The notes beneath the pieces were generated by a model. The model was not told the DNA's origin. It was given only the letters and a program-made list of their open reading frames with translations, and searched no databases. A stretch of 32,000 nucleotides of DNA from Methylophaga frappieri (GTDB lineage: Bacteria > Pseudomonadota > Gammaproteobacteria > Nitrosococcales > Methylophagaceae), in the NCBI RefSeq assembly GCF_000260965.1, contig NC_017856.1, forward strand, positions 2,130,001-2,162,000. The letters run 5' to 3'. A program made the translations under genes and the position numbers. Positions 9,726 to 22,489 of the stretch are shown here, one piece after another (position 1 is the first letter of the stretch; each line of letters starts with the position of its first letter).

Positions 9726-10841
9726 ATGGCCAAACAAGATTATTACGAACTGCTCGGGGTTGCCCGTAACGCGTCAGAAGCAGAAATTAAAAAAGCCTAT
9801 CGACGGATGGCAATGAAATATCATCCAGATCGCAATCCGGATGATGCGACCGCCGAAGCTCGGTTTAAAGAAGCCAAAGAAGCCTATGAGGTGCTGGCAG
9901 ATAGTCAAAAACGGGCTGCCTATGATCAATTTGGTCATGCCGGTGTTGATGGCAGTGCTGGTGGCGGATTCCGCAGTGGTGCGGGTGGGTTCAGTGATAT
10001 TTTTGGGGATGTTTTCAATGATATCTTCGGTGGCGGCGGTCCGGGCGGTGCTCAGAATTTTCGTGGTGCAGATCTGCGCTATCGCCTCGATTTGACGCTA
10101 GAAGAAGCGGTTGCCGGGACGACAGCCAATATTCGCATTCCGGTACATGCAAGCTGTAAAACCTGCGATGGATCTGGTGCTAAACCAGGCACGCAGCCGG
10201 TCACCTGTTCGACTTGCGGCGGTCACGGTCAGGTGCGTATTCAGCAAGGATTTTTCACCGTGCAACAAGCCTGTCCTCACTGCCGGGGTACCGGCAAAAT
10301 GATCGAGGAGCCTTGTGAGGATTGCCATGGTGAAGGCGTGGTCCAGGAACATAAAACCCTGTCTGTGAAAGTACCAGCGGGCGTCGATACGGGTGACCGA
10401 ATTCGCTTGAATGGTGAAGGTGAAGCAGGAAGCCGTGGTGCCCCACCTGGCGATTTGTATGTCGAAGTCTCAGTTAAGCGTCATGATGTTTTCACCCGTG
10501 ATGGTAACAACTTGTTTTGTGATGTGCCGCTGGGCTTTGTCACAGCAGCACTTGGTGGTGAACTGGAAGTACCGACCCTGGCCGGCAAAGCCGTTTTGAA
10601 AATCCCCGAGGGTACGCAAAGCGGTCAACAGTTCCGTTTAAAAAACAAAGGCGTTAAGTCGGTACGTAGCGGTGCGGAAGGCGATTTAATGTGTCGAGTC
10701 GTCATTGAAACGCCGGTAAAATTATCGAAAAAACAAAAAGCGCTACTGAATGAGTTCGCTGAGACATTTGAAGGTACAGGTGGGCGGCATAACCCTAAGC
10801 ATGAGTCATGGTTAGACGCCGTTAAACGGTTTTTTGAATAA
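9726..10841 (+). CDS. dnaJ: Molecular chaperone DnaJ (Hsp40)
   Basis: 371 aa. J-domain with HPD (YHPDRNP), a G/F-rich linker, and four CxxCxGxG zinc-finger repeats ([32 protein letters not shown]). Confidence 0.97.
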   Translation: MAKQDYYELLGVARNASEAEIKKAYRRMAMKYHPDRNPDDATAEARFKEAKEAYEVLADSQKRAAYDQFGHAGVDGSAGGGFRSGAGGFSDIFGDVFNDIFGGGGPGGAQNFRGADLRYRLDLTLEEAVAGTTANIRIPVHASCKTCDGSGAKPGTQPVTCSTCGGHGQVRIQQGFFTVQQACPHCRGTGKMIEEPCEDCHGEGVVQEHKTLSVKVPAGVDTGDRIRLNGEGEAGSRGAPPGDLYVEVSVKRHDVFTRDGNNLFCDVPLGFVTAALGGELEVPTLAGKAVLKIPEGTQSGQQFRLKNKGVKSVRSGAEGDLMCRVVIETPVKLSKKQKALLNEFAETFEGTGGRHNPKHESWLDAVKRFFE

Positions 10842-10899
10842 ACTGACATTGTCAGAAATGTACGGCGTCGCTATGTTGCCGTCAGTATGGATTAACTAA

Positions 10900-11736
<837 letters not shown>

Positions 11737-11741
11737 TAGGT

Positions 11742-12302
11742 TTAGTATTTTGCCGCTTCCTGTGCTGCGGTAACTGCACCTCGATCATCGCCATTTGCCA
11801 GTCTAATATCGGCAATCAGCTGCCATAATCTTTGTCGCAATTGCAAATCTGAACCCGATACTGCCACCCCCTTCTTGGCTAACTGTTCTGCCTGGGCAAA
11901 ATCCTGCATTTGATAATGGATTGTGGCCAATTTTAAATATACATTCGGATCCCGAGGCGAAATACGTTGTGCACGTTGCAAATCACTTTGCGCGCTTGCC
12001 AAATTGCCGGCGGTAGATGCCGCCTGAGCTTTATCAATGAGTGCGACCACAGCCGGTTTAGAACGAAAAGGGACGGCAACAGGTTTGATCGGTTGGGTTT
12101 GTTCTTTTGCCTGAGGTTGCTCGGGTATCGCTTGTACTGAGGCTGTCGGTTCGGCGGGTTCCGGCTCGGTGCGGGGTACGGCGGGTGCGGGCGCCTCTGG
12201 AATAGTAACGGGAGGCAAGTCACGGCTTGGGGTACTGCATGCTGTCAGCATGACAAAACCGACAAGGCAGCTAAATCGAAAGCCAGTTTGATATTGGGTC
12301 AT
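11742..12302 (-). CDS. Outer-membrane lipoprotein with a Pro-rich disordered linker and a C-terminal TPR-like domain; candidate LpoP-type activator of PBP1B
   Basis: 186 aa. Signal peptide plus lipobox (GFVMLTAC). A Pro/Glu/Ala-rich linker of about 55 aa follows (PPVTIPEAPAPAVPRTEPEPAEPT...). The C-terminus is helical and TPR-like (NVYLKLATIHYQMQDFAQAEQLAKKG). Its ATG shares one base with the mrcB stop (TGATG at 12304-12300). Confidence 0.6.
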   Translation of the reverse strand: MTQYQTGFRFSCLVGFVMLTACSTPSRDLPPVTIPEAPAPAVPRTEPEPAEPTASVQAIPEQPQAKEQTQPIKPVAVPFRSKPAVVALIDKAQAASTAGNLASAQSDLQRAQRISPRDPNVYLKLATIHYQMQDFAQAEQLAKKGVAVSGSDLQLRQRLWQLIADIRLANGDDRGAVTAAQEAAKY

Positions 12303-14638
12303 CAGTCAAATAATCCTCTAATCCAGTCGATAGACTGCTCGACCGGGTTTTGTAAATTCTGATCAGATTGGGCGTGGCACGTTGCTAACGTGGTTGGCGT
12401 CGTGCCACTTACAAAAGGCAACTCGCGCGCATTTTCACAGGATGGGGCGCTCAGCTTGCCGGTGAACTGGTTGACCCATGCTGTTTCAATGTCCGGCGGT
12501 GGCAACATATCCAGTGATAGTAAAGGCTCACTTTCCATATAGCGTCGCCAAACTGGAAGTGCACCACTGGCACCGGTAAAGGGTAACGCAGAATTGTTAT
12601 CCTGACCTAACCAGACAACGGCCAGCCGGTTGGCACTATAACCGGCAAACCAACTATCACGTTGTTGATCGGAAGTACCCGTTTTACCCGCAACCGTCAT
12701 ATTGGTCGGAAGCTGTTGCCGCGCATATCGTCCAGTGCCATTTTCCATGACATCAACCAAGGCGGTTTGCAGCAGATAATTGTTTGCCGGATCGATAGTC
12801 TGATCAAGTTTGAGTGGGTAGCGAGACAATGGCGTACCATCGGCATCAGTGACGGCGCGGATAGCTCGTGGTGGAATACGAAAACCGCCTGCCGCAATTG
12901 TTTGATAAAGACTGGCGACTTCAAGGGTGGAAAAACTTTGTGCCCCCAACAGTAGAGAAGGAAAAGCCTGAAGCGGTTTATCCACGCCAAGTCGTCGGAT
13001 AGTACTAATCACATTGTCCAGTCCCAGGGTCATGCCCAGTCTTGCCGTCGCAATATTGTAGGAATGACTGAGACTGTCTATCAGCAATACATCTTGATGC
13101 GATTTGCGATCATAGTTTTGCGGAGCCCATGTATCGCCATTGGGCATATCCAGTTCATAGGGCTGGTCATTTAGAACGCTGGCCAGCGTGTAGTTATTTT
13201 CCAGCGCAGTGAGATAAACGGCCGGTTTTAAAAGTGAACCGATTTGACGTTTGGCGTCCAGTGCGCGATTAAAGCCTTTGTTACGGGTCTGGCGATCACC
13301 AATCAATGCCAAGACTTCACCGGTTTGGGGATCCGTGACCACCATACTACCCTGCAAGCCAGTCATGGCAGTGCCATGCTGTCCCTGCAACGCCTGTATG
13401 GTTGTGGTCATGGCGGTTTCGGCTTTGCGCTGCGCGATTGGATCCAGACTGGTAAACACCTGTAACCCCTCTGACCCCAGATCGGCATCGTTGTATTGCT
13501 GGCGTAATTGACGCTTGACCAGATCAAGATAGGCAGGATAGGCCTCTTTCATTAAGCTGCCTTTAGTAACCACACCTAAAGGCGAGTTTGCGGCCAATAA
13601 GTAGTCTGCAGCGGAAATTTTATTGGCATCCAGCAGGGCCTTTAATACCAGATCGCGGCGTTGTTTGGCTCGTTCTGGATGCCGTCGCGGATCATAATAT
13701 GAAGGGCCTTTCACCAAGGCCGCTAACAAGGCTAATTGCTCTAAAGGTAATTCATTCAAGGGGCGCGCAAAATAATAGGCGGCACCCAGTCCGAAACCAT
13801 GAATAGCGCGACTGCCATCCTGACCCAGATACACTTCGTTGAGATAGGCTTCCAATATCTCATCCTTGCTGTATCGACGTTCAAGCAGGATGGCCATGGG
13901 AATTTCCATCAGTTTCCGCAAAAGGGTGCGATCAGCGGTCAGGTAAAAGTTTTTGATTAACTGCTGGGTCAGTGTACTGCCTCCCTGCACAAATGCACCA
14001 GCTTTGAGATTGGCAATCAGGGCACGCCCGATGCCTTTTAATGAAATGCCGTGATGCTGATAAAAAGACTGATCTTCAATTTCGATCAAGGCATCAGTCA
14101 GTGCTGGTGGGGCATCTTGTAACTGAATTAAATCCCGATCTTCATTATTGAGCGGATAAATCCCGCCAATTAATGCCGGTTCCAGTCGAACCAGTGTAAG
14201 CTCCTGGCCATCAAAATCTTGAAGTGAGGTGAGTCGTTGCCCTTGAAATCGGAGTACCATTCGATGGGCAGGTTCACGCCCATCGGGCAAGCCAAATCCG
14301 CGGCTGGCAATCACAGCCCGATTGGCAGTGATATTGGCTTGGCCTGGTTTCTCAACCTGACCGGTCAGGCGATAGCCCAATGCCTGTAATTCAATTTTAA
14401 GATCAGCAATGGACAGGCTGGCACCGGCATAAAGCTCCAGTGGTCTGGCATACACTTTTGCAGGCAGCGCCCAGCGTTTGCCTTCAAATTCAGCCCGAAT
14501 ATGGCGATCCATTTGCCAGAGCCCAATGATGCCGGCCGTAAAAATAAGAATCAGGATAAGAAAAGTGACTTTATTGAACAGCAGGCGTCGCAATGGATGG
14601 TGAGACGACGTTGATTTAGCGGTGCGTTTTGATTTCAC
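12302..14638 (-). CDS. mrcB: Bifunctional penicillin-binding protein 1B (glycosyltransferase/transpeptidase)
   Basis: 778 aa with a GTG start. Short cytoplasmic tail, one TM helix and a UB2H-like segment (GKRWALPAKVYARPLELYAG). GT51 motifs are EDQSFYQHHG and GGSTLTQQL. Transpeptidase motifs are SLLKP (SxxK) and KTGT. Confidence 0.9.
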   Translation of the reverse strand: MKSKRTAKSTSSHHPLRRLLFNKVTFLILILIFTAGIIGLWQMDRHIRAEFEGKRWALPAKVYARPLELYAGASLSIADLKIELQALGYRLTGQVEKPGQANITANRAVIASRGFGLPDGREPAHRMVLRFQGQRLTSLQDFDGQELTLVRLEPALIGGIYPLNNEDRDLIQLQDAPPALTDALIEIEDQSFYQHHGISLKGIGRALIANLKAGAFVQGGSTLTQQLIKNFYLTADRTLLRKLMEIPMAILLERRYSKDEILEAYLNEVYLGQDGSRAIHGFGLGAAYYFARPLNELPLEQLALLAALVKGPSYYDPRRHPERAKQRRDLVLKALLDANKISAADYLLAANSPLGVVTKGSLMKEAYPAYLDLVKRQLRQQYNDADLGSEGLQVFTSLDPIAQRKAETAMTTTIQALQGQHGTAMTGLQGSMVVTDPQTGEVLALIGDRQTRNKGFNRALDAKRQIGSLLKPAVYLTALENNYTLASVLNDQPYELDMPNGDTWAPQNYDRKSHQDVLLIDSLSHSYNIATARLGMTLGLDNVISTIRRLGVDKPLQAFPSLLLGAQSFSTLEVASLYQTIAAGGFRIPPRAIRAVTDADGTPLSRYPLKLDQTIDPANNYLLQTALVDVMENGTGRYARQQLPTNMTVAGKTGTSDQQRDSWFAGYSANRLAVVWLGQDNNSALPFTGASGALPVWRRYMESEPLLSLDMLPPPDIETAWVNQFTGKLSAPSCENARELPFVSGTTPTTLATCHAQSDQNLQNPVEQSIDWIRGLFD

Positions 14639-14910
14639 AATAGCAAATCCACAACTAGAGATTGCTCATGGTATCGGGAAGCGCAAAATGGTTAAAGTGG
14701 TTCATGCTTAAAATAGCCATAATCTCAGCAAATCACTGAATTATCGTGGCATTTTGTCAGGTTTTGCATAAATGTTCAGACATCATAGCCATGGTGATTA
14801 TTTCGCCAAAAAATAGTTTTCTGGTACTATCCCGCGTTGCGAGAATATTCATAAAGATGGTTTTCTCGAAATTTGTATCGAGCAAACCTTTAATAATAGA
14901 CACAGTAATT

Positions 14911-15468
14911 ATGGTCAGCACTCAAACGCCAATTTGTGATTTCGGCCAATCTGCCGTCGATTTCGCGTTGCCTGGTACCGATGGAAACGTCTGGACTTTG
15001 GACAAATGCCGTGGTCAAAACGGATTGCTGGTCATGTTTATTTGTAATCACTGCCCGTATGTTCAGGCTATTCTTGATCGGCTGGTTCGGGATACGCGGC
15101 AATTGGCAGAGATGGGTGTCAATTCTGTTGCAATCTCAGCCAATGATGTCGCGGATTATCCAGAAGATTCATTTGATAATATGCGACAAATTGCAGAGCG
15201 GGAGCAGTTTCCTTTTCCGTATTTGTATGATGAATCACAGGACGTTGCCAAAGCATACGGCGCGGTCTGTACACCGGACTTTTTTGGGTACAACCAGGAT
15301 TTGCAATTGCAATACCGGGGCCGACTGGACGCGAGCCGAAAAGAAGCGGCGCCAGCGGACGCTCGCCGAGACTTGTTTGAGGCCATGAGTGAAGTGGCAT
15401 TGACAGGTCAAGGACCGGCGACACAAATCCCCAGCATGGGCTGTTCGATAAAATGGCGAGCAGCATAA
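14911..15468 (+). CDS. Thioredoxin-fold (AhpC/TSA/redoxin-like) protein with a CxxC motif
   Basis: Conserved part: FALPGTDGNVWTL...LLVMFICNHCPYV...ISANDV...YPEDSF. The track start at 14746 (GTG) adds 55 low-quality residues across an AT-rich intergenic region. I prefer the ATG at 14911 (MVSTQTPICDFG). Confidence 0.8.
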   Translation: MVSTQTPICDFGQSAVDFALPGTDGNVWTLDKCRGQNGLLVMFICNHCPYVQAILDRLVRDTRQLAEMGVNSVAISANDVADYPEDSFDNMRQIAEREQFPFPYLYDESQDVAKAYGAVCTPDFFGYNQDLQLQYRGRLDASRKEAAPADARRDLFEAMSEVALTGQGPATQIPSMGCSIKWRAA

Positions 15469-15494
15469 ATTTTTTTAACAGGAGAATGTAGATA

Positions 15495-17483
15495 ATGGCT
15501 ACACGCAGACATTTAGCAAATGCGATCCGTGCGCTCAGCATGGACGCAGTCCAAAAAGCGAACTCGGGACATCCGGGTGCGCCGATGGGGATGGCGGATA
15601 TCGCCGAAGTGTTGTGGAACGATCATATGAAGCACAATCCGACCAACCCGAACTGGGCTGATCGCGATCGTTTTATTCTTTCAAATGGTCATGGTTCCAT
15701 GTTGGTTTATTCATTGTTGCACTTGTCTGGTTATGAGTTGCCAATGGATTCAATCAAAACATTCCGTCAGCTGCATTCACAATGTGCGGGTCACCCTGAA
15801 TATGGTTATGCACCCGGTGTCGAAACCACTACGGGTCCTCTGGGGCAAGGCATCACCAACGGGGTTGGTTTTGCCATGGCTGAAAAACTGATGGCTGACC
15901 AGTTCAACAAACCAGGTCACGACATCGTAAACCACAATACCTATGTGTTCATGGGCGACGGCTGTCTGATGGAAGGTGTTTCTCATGAAGCCTGTGCGCT
16001 GGCCGGTACTTGGGGCCTGGGTAACCTGATCGCATTCTGGGATGACAACAACATCTCTATCGACGGTCACATCGATGGCTGGTATACCGATGATACCGTT
16101 AAGCGTTTCGAAGCTTACGGCTGGCACGTTCAATCCGTAGACGGTCACGACGCTGACGCTATCAACAAGGCGATCGAAGAAGCCAAGTCGGTTAAAGACA
16201 AGCCTTCACTGATCTGCTGTAAAACCATCATCGGTTTCGGTTCACCAAACAAATCTGCCAGCCACGACTGCCACGGTGCAGCGCTGGGTGAAGAAGAAGT
16301 TGCACTGACTCGTAAAGAACTGGGTTGGGACGCTGAACCATTTGTTATCCCTGAAGATGTTTATGCGGGTTGGGATGCCAAAGAAAAAGGTGCCGCAGTA
16401 GAAGCTGAGTGGAACAAAAAATTCGAAGCCTATGCCGCCGAATACCCAGCAGAAGCAGCAGAATTCAAACGCCGTATGGCTGGTGAACTGCCAGCAAACT
16501 GGAAAGAAGCCACTGATGCCATGATTGCAAAAATCAACGAAGATGCGCCAAGCGTTGCGTCTCGTAAAGCATCACAAATGGTTATCACCGAGCTGGCGCC
16601 TGTACTGCCTGAATTCCTGGGTGGCAGCGCTGACCTGACTGGTTCTAACCTGACTAGCTGTGGTTCATTCAAGCACGTATCTGGTAAAGAGCCTGGTAAC
16701 TACATCTCATACGGTGTTCGTGAATTCGGTATGTTTGCCATCATGAACGGTATGGCGCTGCACGGTGGTCTGCTGCCATTCGGTGGTACTTTCCACATGT
16801 TCTCTGACTATGCCAAGTCTGCTCTGCGTATGGCGGCATTGATGAAACAACGTACTGTTGCGGTTCTGACCCATGACTCTATCGGTCAAGGTGAAGACGG
16901 TCCTACTCACCAACCTATCGAAAACACAGCAGGTCTGCGTTACATCCCGAACATGGATGTATGGCGTCCTTCTGATGCGACTGAGGTTGCTGTTGCCTGG
17001 ACTGCTGCTGTTGAGCGTATGGATGGTCCTTCAAGCCTGGTTCTGAGCCGTCAAGGTATCCCTGGCCGTAAACACGACCTGGCTGACGTTGAAGGTATCC
17101 GTAAAGGTGCTTACGTTCTGTCTGAAGCAGAAGGTGGTGCGGCTGACGTTATCATTATCGCAACCGGTTCAGAAGTGGATCTGGCTGTGAAAGCACAGGA
17201 AGAGCTGAAAGCAGACGGTGTGAAAGCACGCGTTGTTTCTATGCCTTCAACTAACGTGTTTGATCGTCAAGACCAAGCCTACAAAGACAGCGTTCTGACA
17301 CCAGGCGTTAAGCGTGTTTCTGTTGAAGCCGGTGTCACCGACTTCTGGGCGAAATACGTTGGTCTGGAAGGCGGCAGTGTGGGTATCAACACCTTCGGTG
17401 AATCTGCACCGGGTGGTGTTCTGATGAAACACTTCGGCTTCACCGTCGAAAACGTTGTTAACACTGTTAAATCAGTACTGTAA
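15495..17483 (+). CDS. tkt: Transketolase
   Basis: 662 aa. Contains [19 protein letters not shown], the ThDP motif GDGCLMEG...NN, and [16 protein letters not shown] good SD (AGGAGA) lies upstream. Confidence 0.97.
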   Translation: MATRRHLANAIRALSMDAVQKANSGHPGAPMGMADIAEVLWNDHMKHNPTNPNWADRDRFILSNGHGSMLVYSLLHLSGYELPMDSIKTFRQLHSQCAGHPEYGYAPGVETTTGPLGQGITNGVGFAMAEKLMADQFNKPGHDIVNHNTYVFMGDGCLMEGVSHEACALAGTWGLGNLIAFWDDNNISIDGHIDGWYTDDTVKRFEAYGWHVQSVDGHDADAINKAIEEAKSVKDKPSLICCKTIIGFGSPNKSASHDCHGAALGEEEVALTRKELGWDAEPFVIPEDVYAGWDAKEKGAAVEAEWNKKFEAYAAEYPAEAAEFKRRMAGELPANWKEATDAMIAKINEDAPSVASRKASQMVITELAPVLPEFLGGSADLTGSNLTSCGSFKHVSGKEPGNYISYGVREFGMFAIMNGMALHGGLLPFGGTFHMFSDYAKSALRMAALMKQRTVAVLTHDSIGQGEDGPTHQPIENTAGLRYIPNMDVWRPSDATEVAVAWTAAVERMDGPSSLVLSRQGIPGRKHDLADVEGIRKGAYVLSEAEGGAADVIIIATGSEVDLAVKAQEELKADGVKARVVSMPSTNVFDRQDQAYKDSVLTPGVKRVSVEAGVTDFWAKYVGLEGGSVGINTFGESAPGGVLMKHFGFTVENVVNTVKSVL

Positions 17484-17519
17484 CAACGGCAGATTGCTAA
17501 TCTGTTGAAATAAAAGAAG

Positions 17520-17552
17520 AACCAGTGGGCTCCGGCCCGCTGGTTTTTTTTC
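17520..17552 (+). terminator. Rho-independent terminator after tkt
   Basis: Stem ACCAGTGGGC / GCCCGCTGGT (17521-17530 and 17535-17544, one G-U pair), loop TCCG, then a run of T. Confidence 0.75.
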
Positions 17553-17584
17553 GTCTGACACTTTAAAGTTTAACTAGTGAAATC

Positions 17585-18632
<1,048 letters not shown>

Positions 18633-18661
18633 TTTTTCTTTAATAGACTGACGGCAAACTG

Positions 18662-18689
18662 AAAGGCCTCCTGGCAGGAGGCCTTTTTT
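18662..18689 (+). terminator. Rho-independent terminator after gap
   Basis: Stem GGCCTCC / GGAGGCC (18665-18671 and 18777-18683 corrected to 18677-18683) flanked by AAA/TTT, with a 5-nt loop, followed by TTTTTT. Confidence 0.8.
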
Positions 18690-18767
18690 GTGCCTATGAA
18701 AATCGCCAGCCGCTTATACTGGACTGGTGATCACAAGCAAAAACAAAAAACTGAGAGAGGAATCGAT

Positions 18768-19952
18768 ATGTCTGTAATCAAGATGGCTGATTTAGACCTG
18801 AGCGGTAAACGTGTCCTAATCCGACAAGATCTCAATGTACCATTGAAACGCGGCGTCGTTGCCGACGGCACCCGGATTCTGGCGTCGTTGCCGACTATTA
18901 AACTGGCGCTGAAAAAAGGTGCTAAGGTCATGCTGATGTCGCATCTTGGTCGACCGACAGAGGGGGAGTACGAACACCTGTATTCCATGGCACCGGTGGC
19001 CAATTACCTTACTGCCTTGCTGGAACAGCCGGTGCGGTTAGAGCAGAACTGGCTGGAGCCGGACTTTATCCCGGTTGAAGAGGGTGAAGTAGTGCTGTGT
19101 GAGAACGTGCGCTTTAATATCGGTGAAAAGAAAAATGATGATGCTTTGGCGCGTCGTATGGCACAGATGTGTGATGTGTTTGTGATGGATGCCTTCGGTA
19201 CTGCTCACCGTGCTCAGGCCTCTACGCATGGGATCGCCAAGTATGCCCCTGTTGCCTGTGCCGGGCCCTTACTTGCTGCCGAACTCGATGCCTTGGGCAA
19301 GGCGCTGGATAATCCGGCTCGACCGCTGGTGGCGATTGTCGGTGGTTCCAAAGTATCAACCAAGTTGATGGTGCTGGAAACGCTGTCACAAAAAGTGGAT
19401 CAACTGATTGTCGGTGGTGGTATCGCCAATACCTTTATCGCGGCAGAAGGCTTTAATGTCGGCAACTCTCTCTATGAAGCAGAGTTGATTGATACCTGTA
19501 AGCAATTACGTTCAGCCGCGCAAGCCAAAGGTGGCGATATTCCGGTCCCGACTGATGTGGTCTGTGGCAAGCACTTTGCCGAAAATGCTGAAGCGGAAAC
19601 GAAAAAAGTCGACGCCGTTGAGGACGATGATATGATATTCGACATCGGCCCTAAAAGTGCTTCCCAGCTTGCGGAAATCCTGAAAACAGCAGGCACCATC
19701 GTCTGGAACGGCCCAGTCGGTGTATTCGAATTCAATCAGTTCGGTGAAGGCACCAAAGAGATTGCCATGGCTATCGCCGAATCCGATGCCTTTTCGATTG
19801 CGGGTGGTGGTGACACGCTGGCAGCGGTAGCCAAGTATAAAATCTGTGAGGATATTTCCTATATTTCCACTGGTGGTGGCGCATTTTTAGAATTTCTTGA
19901 GGGCAAAAAACTGCCCGCGGTTGAAATTCTGGAGCAGCGTGCGGCCGGATAA
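18768..19952 (+). CDS. pgk: Phosphoglycerate kinase
   Basis: The track ORF starts at 18690. I prefer the ATG at 18768 ([25 protein letters not shown]), which has the SD GAGAGAGG 8 nt upstream. Contains SHLGRP and GGGDT. Confidence 0.95.
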   Translation: MSVIKMADLDLSGKRVLIRQDLNVPLKRGVVADGTRILASLPTIKLALKKGAKVMLMSHLGRPTEGEYEHLYSMAPVANYLTALLEQPVRLEQNWLEPDFIPVEEGEVVLCENVRFNIGEKKNDDALARRMAQMCDVFVMDAFGTAHRAQASTHGIAKYAPVACAGPLLAAELDALGKALDNPARPLVAIVGGSKVSTKLMVLETLSQKVDQLIVGGGIANTFIAAEGFNVGNSLYEAELIDTCKQLRSAAQAKGGDIPVPTDVVCGKHFAENAEAETKKVDAVEDDDMIFDIGPKSASQLAEILKTAGTIVWNGPVGVFEFNQFGEGTKEIAMAIAESDAFSIAGGGDTLAAVAKYKICEDISYISTGGGAFLEFLEGKKLPAVEILEQRAAG

Positions 19953-19969
19953 TTTTCCGGGAGGACAGC

Positions 19970-21412
19970 GTGACAGTCAGACGCAGAACCAAAATTGTCG
20001 CAACAATTGGTCCGGCCAGTGCAGATGAAGCCAATCTGCAAGCGTTAATTCGAGCTGGTGTTGATGTCTTTAGACTGAACTTTTCCCACGGTGAGGCAAA
20101 AGATCATCTGACTGTTGCTGAGCGAATTCGGCAATGTGCCGCGGTTCAAGGTCGGCAAGTCGGTATTTTGGTTGACTTGCAAGGACCAAAAATCCGTATT
20201 TCACGATTTCGTCATGGTGGCGTCACGTTAGTTGAAGGTGCGTCCTTTACCCTTGATACCAACCTTGCCAAAGATGCTGGCGATCAGCTTCAGGTGGGAG
20301 TTGATTATCAACCTTTGGCGAATGATGTTGGTATCGGTGATACTTTATTACTGGATGACGGACGGATTGTGCTTGAGGTGCAACACGTTGTTGGTAGCCA
20401 GGTACAGTGTGTTGTCGCGACCGGTGGGCGGTTAACTGACAATAAAGGCATTAACCGGCTTGGTGGTGGTTTATCGGCAGATGCGCTAACCGAAAAAGAT
20501 CGGATCGATATTAAAACGGCTGCCACCATGCAAGCAGATTACTTGGCGATCTCCTTCCCTCGCAGTGCAAAAGACATGGACACGGCGCGACATTTGCTTC
20601 AACAGGCTGGTGGTCAGGCGAGTTTAATTGCAAAAATTGAACGTGCGGAAGTGCTGGATAAAATTGATGATATTTTAGCTGCTTCAGAAGGCATTATGGT
20701 GGCACGCGGTGACTTGGGCGTGGAAATTGGTGATGCTGCTTTGCCACCGATTCAAAAACAATTGATCACCACCGCTCGTCAGCGAAATCGCGTCGTTATT
20801 ACAGCGACACAAATGATGGAGTCGATGATTCATAATCCGATTCCGACCCGTGCGGAGGTATTTGATGTCGCCAATGCGGTCCTTGATGGCACCGATGCCG
20901 TCATGCTTTCAGGAGAAACTGCGGTGGGTCAGTTTCCAGTGAAAGTGATTGAAGCCGTCAACCGAATTTGTCTACAAACTGAGCAACAACGCCAGATTCG
21001 GCGGTCCAGACATCGCATTGATACCCGTTTTACTCGCCTGGATGAGGCTATTGCCATGAGTGCCATGTATCTGGCCAATCATCTTGATGTGAAAGCCATC
21101 GCCGCCCTGACAGAGTCAGGTTCAACACCATTATGGATGTCTCGAATCAGCTCCGGCATGCCAATCTTTGCTTTGACGCCACAATTAAGTAGTGCACGTC
21201 GAATGACCTTGTTCAGAGGCGTTTATCCGCTTGTGTTCGCCTTGGATAAGACGGATCATGCTGCAATTAACAGACAGATGGTGGCGGAATTGCAGCGGCA
21301 CAATGTCGTGACGGATGGGGATGTGGTTATTTTGACAAAAGGTGATCCTGAACAACCCAGTACCACGAATACCTTGAAATTGGTTATCGTAGGCGAATTG
21401 ATTGATGCATAG
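19970..21412 (+). CDS. pyk: Pyruvate kinase
   Basis: 480 aa. GTG start with SD GGGAGGA 4 nt upstream. Contains RRTKIVATIGPAS, FRLNFSHG, MVARGDLGVEI and ATQMLESM-like ATQMMESM. Confidence 0.95.
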   Translation: MTVRRRTKIVATIGPASADEANLQALIRAGVDVFRLNFSHGEAKDHLTVAERIRQCAAVQGRQVGILVDLQGPKIRISRFRHGGVTLVEGASFTLDTNLAKDAGDQLQVGVDYQPLANDVGIGDTLLLDDGRIVLEVQHVVGSQVQCVVATGGRLTDNKGINRLGGGLSADALTEKDRIDIKTAATMQADYLAISFPRSAKDMDTARHLLQQAGGQASLIAKIERAEVLDKIDDILAASEGIMVARGDLGVEIGDAALPPIQKQLITTARQRNRVVITATQMMESMIHNPIPTRAEVFDVANAVLDGTDAVMLSGETAVGQFPVKVIEAVNRICLQTEQQRQIRRSRHRIDTRFTRLDEAIAMSAMYLANHLDVKAIAALTESGSTPLWMSRISSGMPIFALTPQLSSARRMTLFRGVYPLVFALDKTDHAAINRQMVAELQRHNVVTDGDVVILTKGDPEQPSTTNTLKLVIVGELIDA

Positions 21413-21445
21413 CCGGAATCAAATAAACAGGTAAGAGGAGAATGT

Positions 21446-22489
21446 ATGGCGTTGATTGCCCTGCGGCAGTTACTCGACTTTGCTGCAGAACATGATTTTG
21501 CGGTGCCGGCTTTTAATATCAGTAATATGGAACAAGTGCAGGCGATCATGCAGGCAGCACAGGCCGTTAATAGTCCGGTGATTATGCAAGCCAGTGTCGG
21601 TGCGCGCAGTTATGCAGGAGAGCCGTTTTTACGTCATCTGGTACAAGCCGCGGTCGAGCAATATCCGTTTATTCCCGTTGTATTGCATCAAGATCATGGC
21701 GCTACGCCGGATGTGTGCATTCGCTCCATTCAATCAGGCTTTACCTCGGTGATGATGGATGGCTCTTTGCAAGCGGATATGAAAACCCCATCAGATTTTG
21801 ACTATAACGTGACGGTGACGCGAACAGTGACTGATATTGCCCATGCTTGTGGTGTGTCAGTTGAAGGGGAAATTGGCTGCTTAGGCTCGCTGGAAACTGG
21901 CAAGATGGGTAAAGAAGATGGCCATGGCGCGGATGGCAAACTGAGTCGCGATAAAGTGCTGACCGATCCGGATGAAGCAGTGGCTTTTGTTCAACAAACC
22001 CAAGTGGATGCACTGGCCGTCGCGATTGGTACCAGTCACGGGGCTTATAAATTTAGCCAGCCACCTACGGGAGAAGTGTTGGCGATTAGCCATCTCAAAA
22101 CCTTACAACACAAACTGCCGAATACCCATTTTGTGATGCATGGTTCGAGTTCGGTGCCGCAAGAGTGGTTGAAAATCATCAATACGCATGGCGGTGATAT
22201 TGGTGAAACTTATGGGGTGCCCGTGGAAGAAATTGTGGCGGGTATTCAATATGGCGTACGTAAGGTCAATATCGACACCGATTTACGCATGGCTTCTACG
22301 GGGGCGGTCAGACAGTTTTTGACCGATGAGAAAAATGCAAAAAACTTTGATCCACGCAAGTTTTTATTAGCGTCGACAGCGGCGATGCAAGCGATTTGCG
22401 AAGCGCGTTATCAGGCATTTGGCAGTGCTGGCCAAGCCGATAAAATCAAACCCATCGCATTAGCTGATATGGTGTCACGATACGAGTAA
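21446..22489 (+). CDS. fba: Class II fructose-bisphosphate aldolase (Calvin-cycle/CbbA-like subtype)
   Basis: 347 aa. Contains [34 protein letters not shown] and HGSSSVP. Confidence 0.95.
   Translation: MALIALRQLLDFAAEHDFAVPAFNISNMEQVQAIMQAAQAVNSPVIMQASVGARSYAGEPFLRHLVQAAVEQYPFIPVVLHQDHGATPDVCIRSIQSGFTSVMMDGSLQADMKTPSDFDYNVTVTRTVTDIAHACGVSVEGEIGCLGSLETGKMGKEDGHGADGKLSRDKVLTDPDEAVAFVQQTQVDALAVAIGTSHGAYKFSQPPTGEVLAISHLKTLQHKLPNTHFVMHGSSSVPQEWLKIINTHGGDIGETYGVPVEEIVAGIQYGVRKVNIDTDLRMASTGAVRQFLTDEKNAKNFDPRKFLLASTAAMQAICEARYQAFGSAGQADKIKPIALADMVSRYE

Noticed and set aside
11933-12223. A 96-aa ORF overlapping the lipoprotein gene in another frame.
   Set aside because: It is an out-of-frame shadow of the Pro-rich linker region. 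Its basic, P/R-rich translation is typical of frame-shifted GC-rich repeats.
14639-14910. The largest non-coding stretch in the window (about 270 bp, AT-rich) between divergent mrcB and the thioredoxin-like gene. I examined it for an sRNA, repeats, a tRNA or a small ORF.
   Set aside because: I found no stable hairpin with a T-tract, no direct or inverted repeats beyond 5-6 bp, no tRNA-like T-loop motif, and only a 7-codon ORF. It is best explained as two divergent promoter regions.
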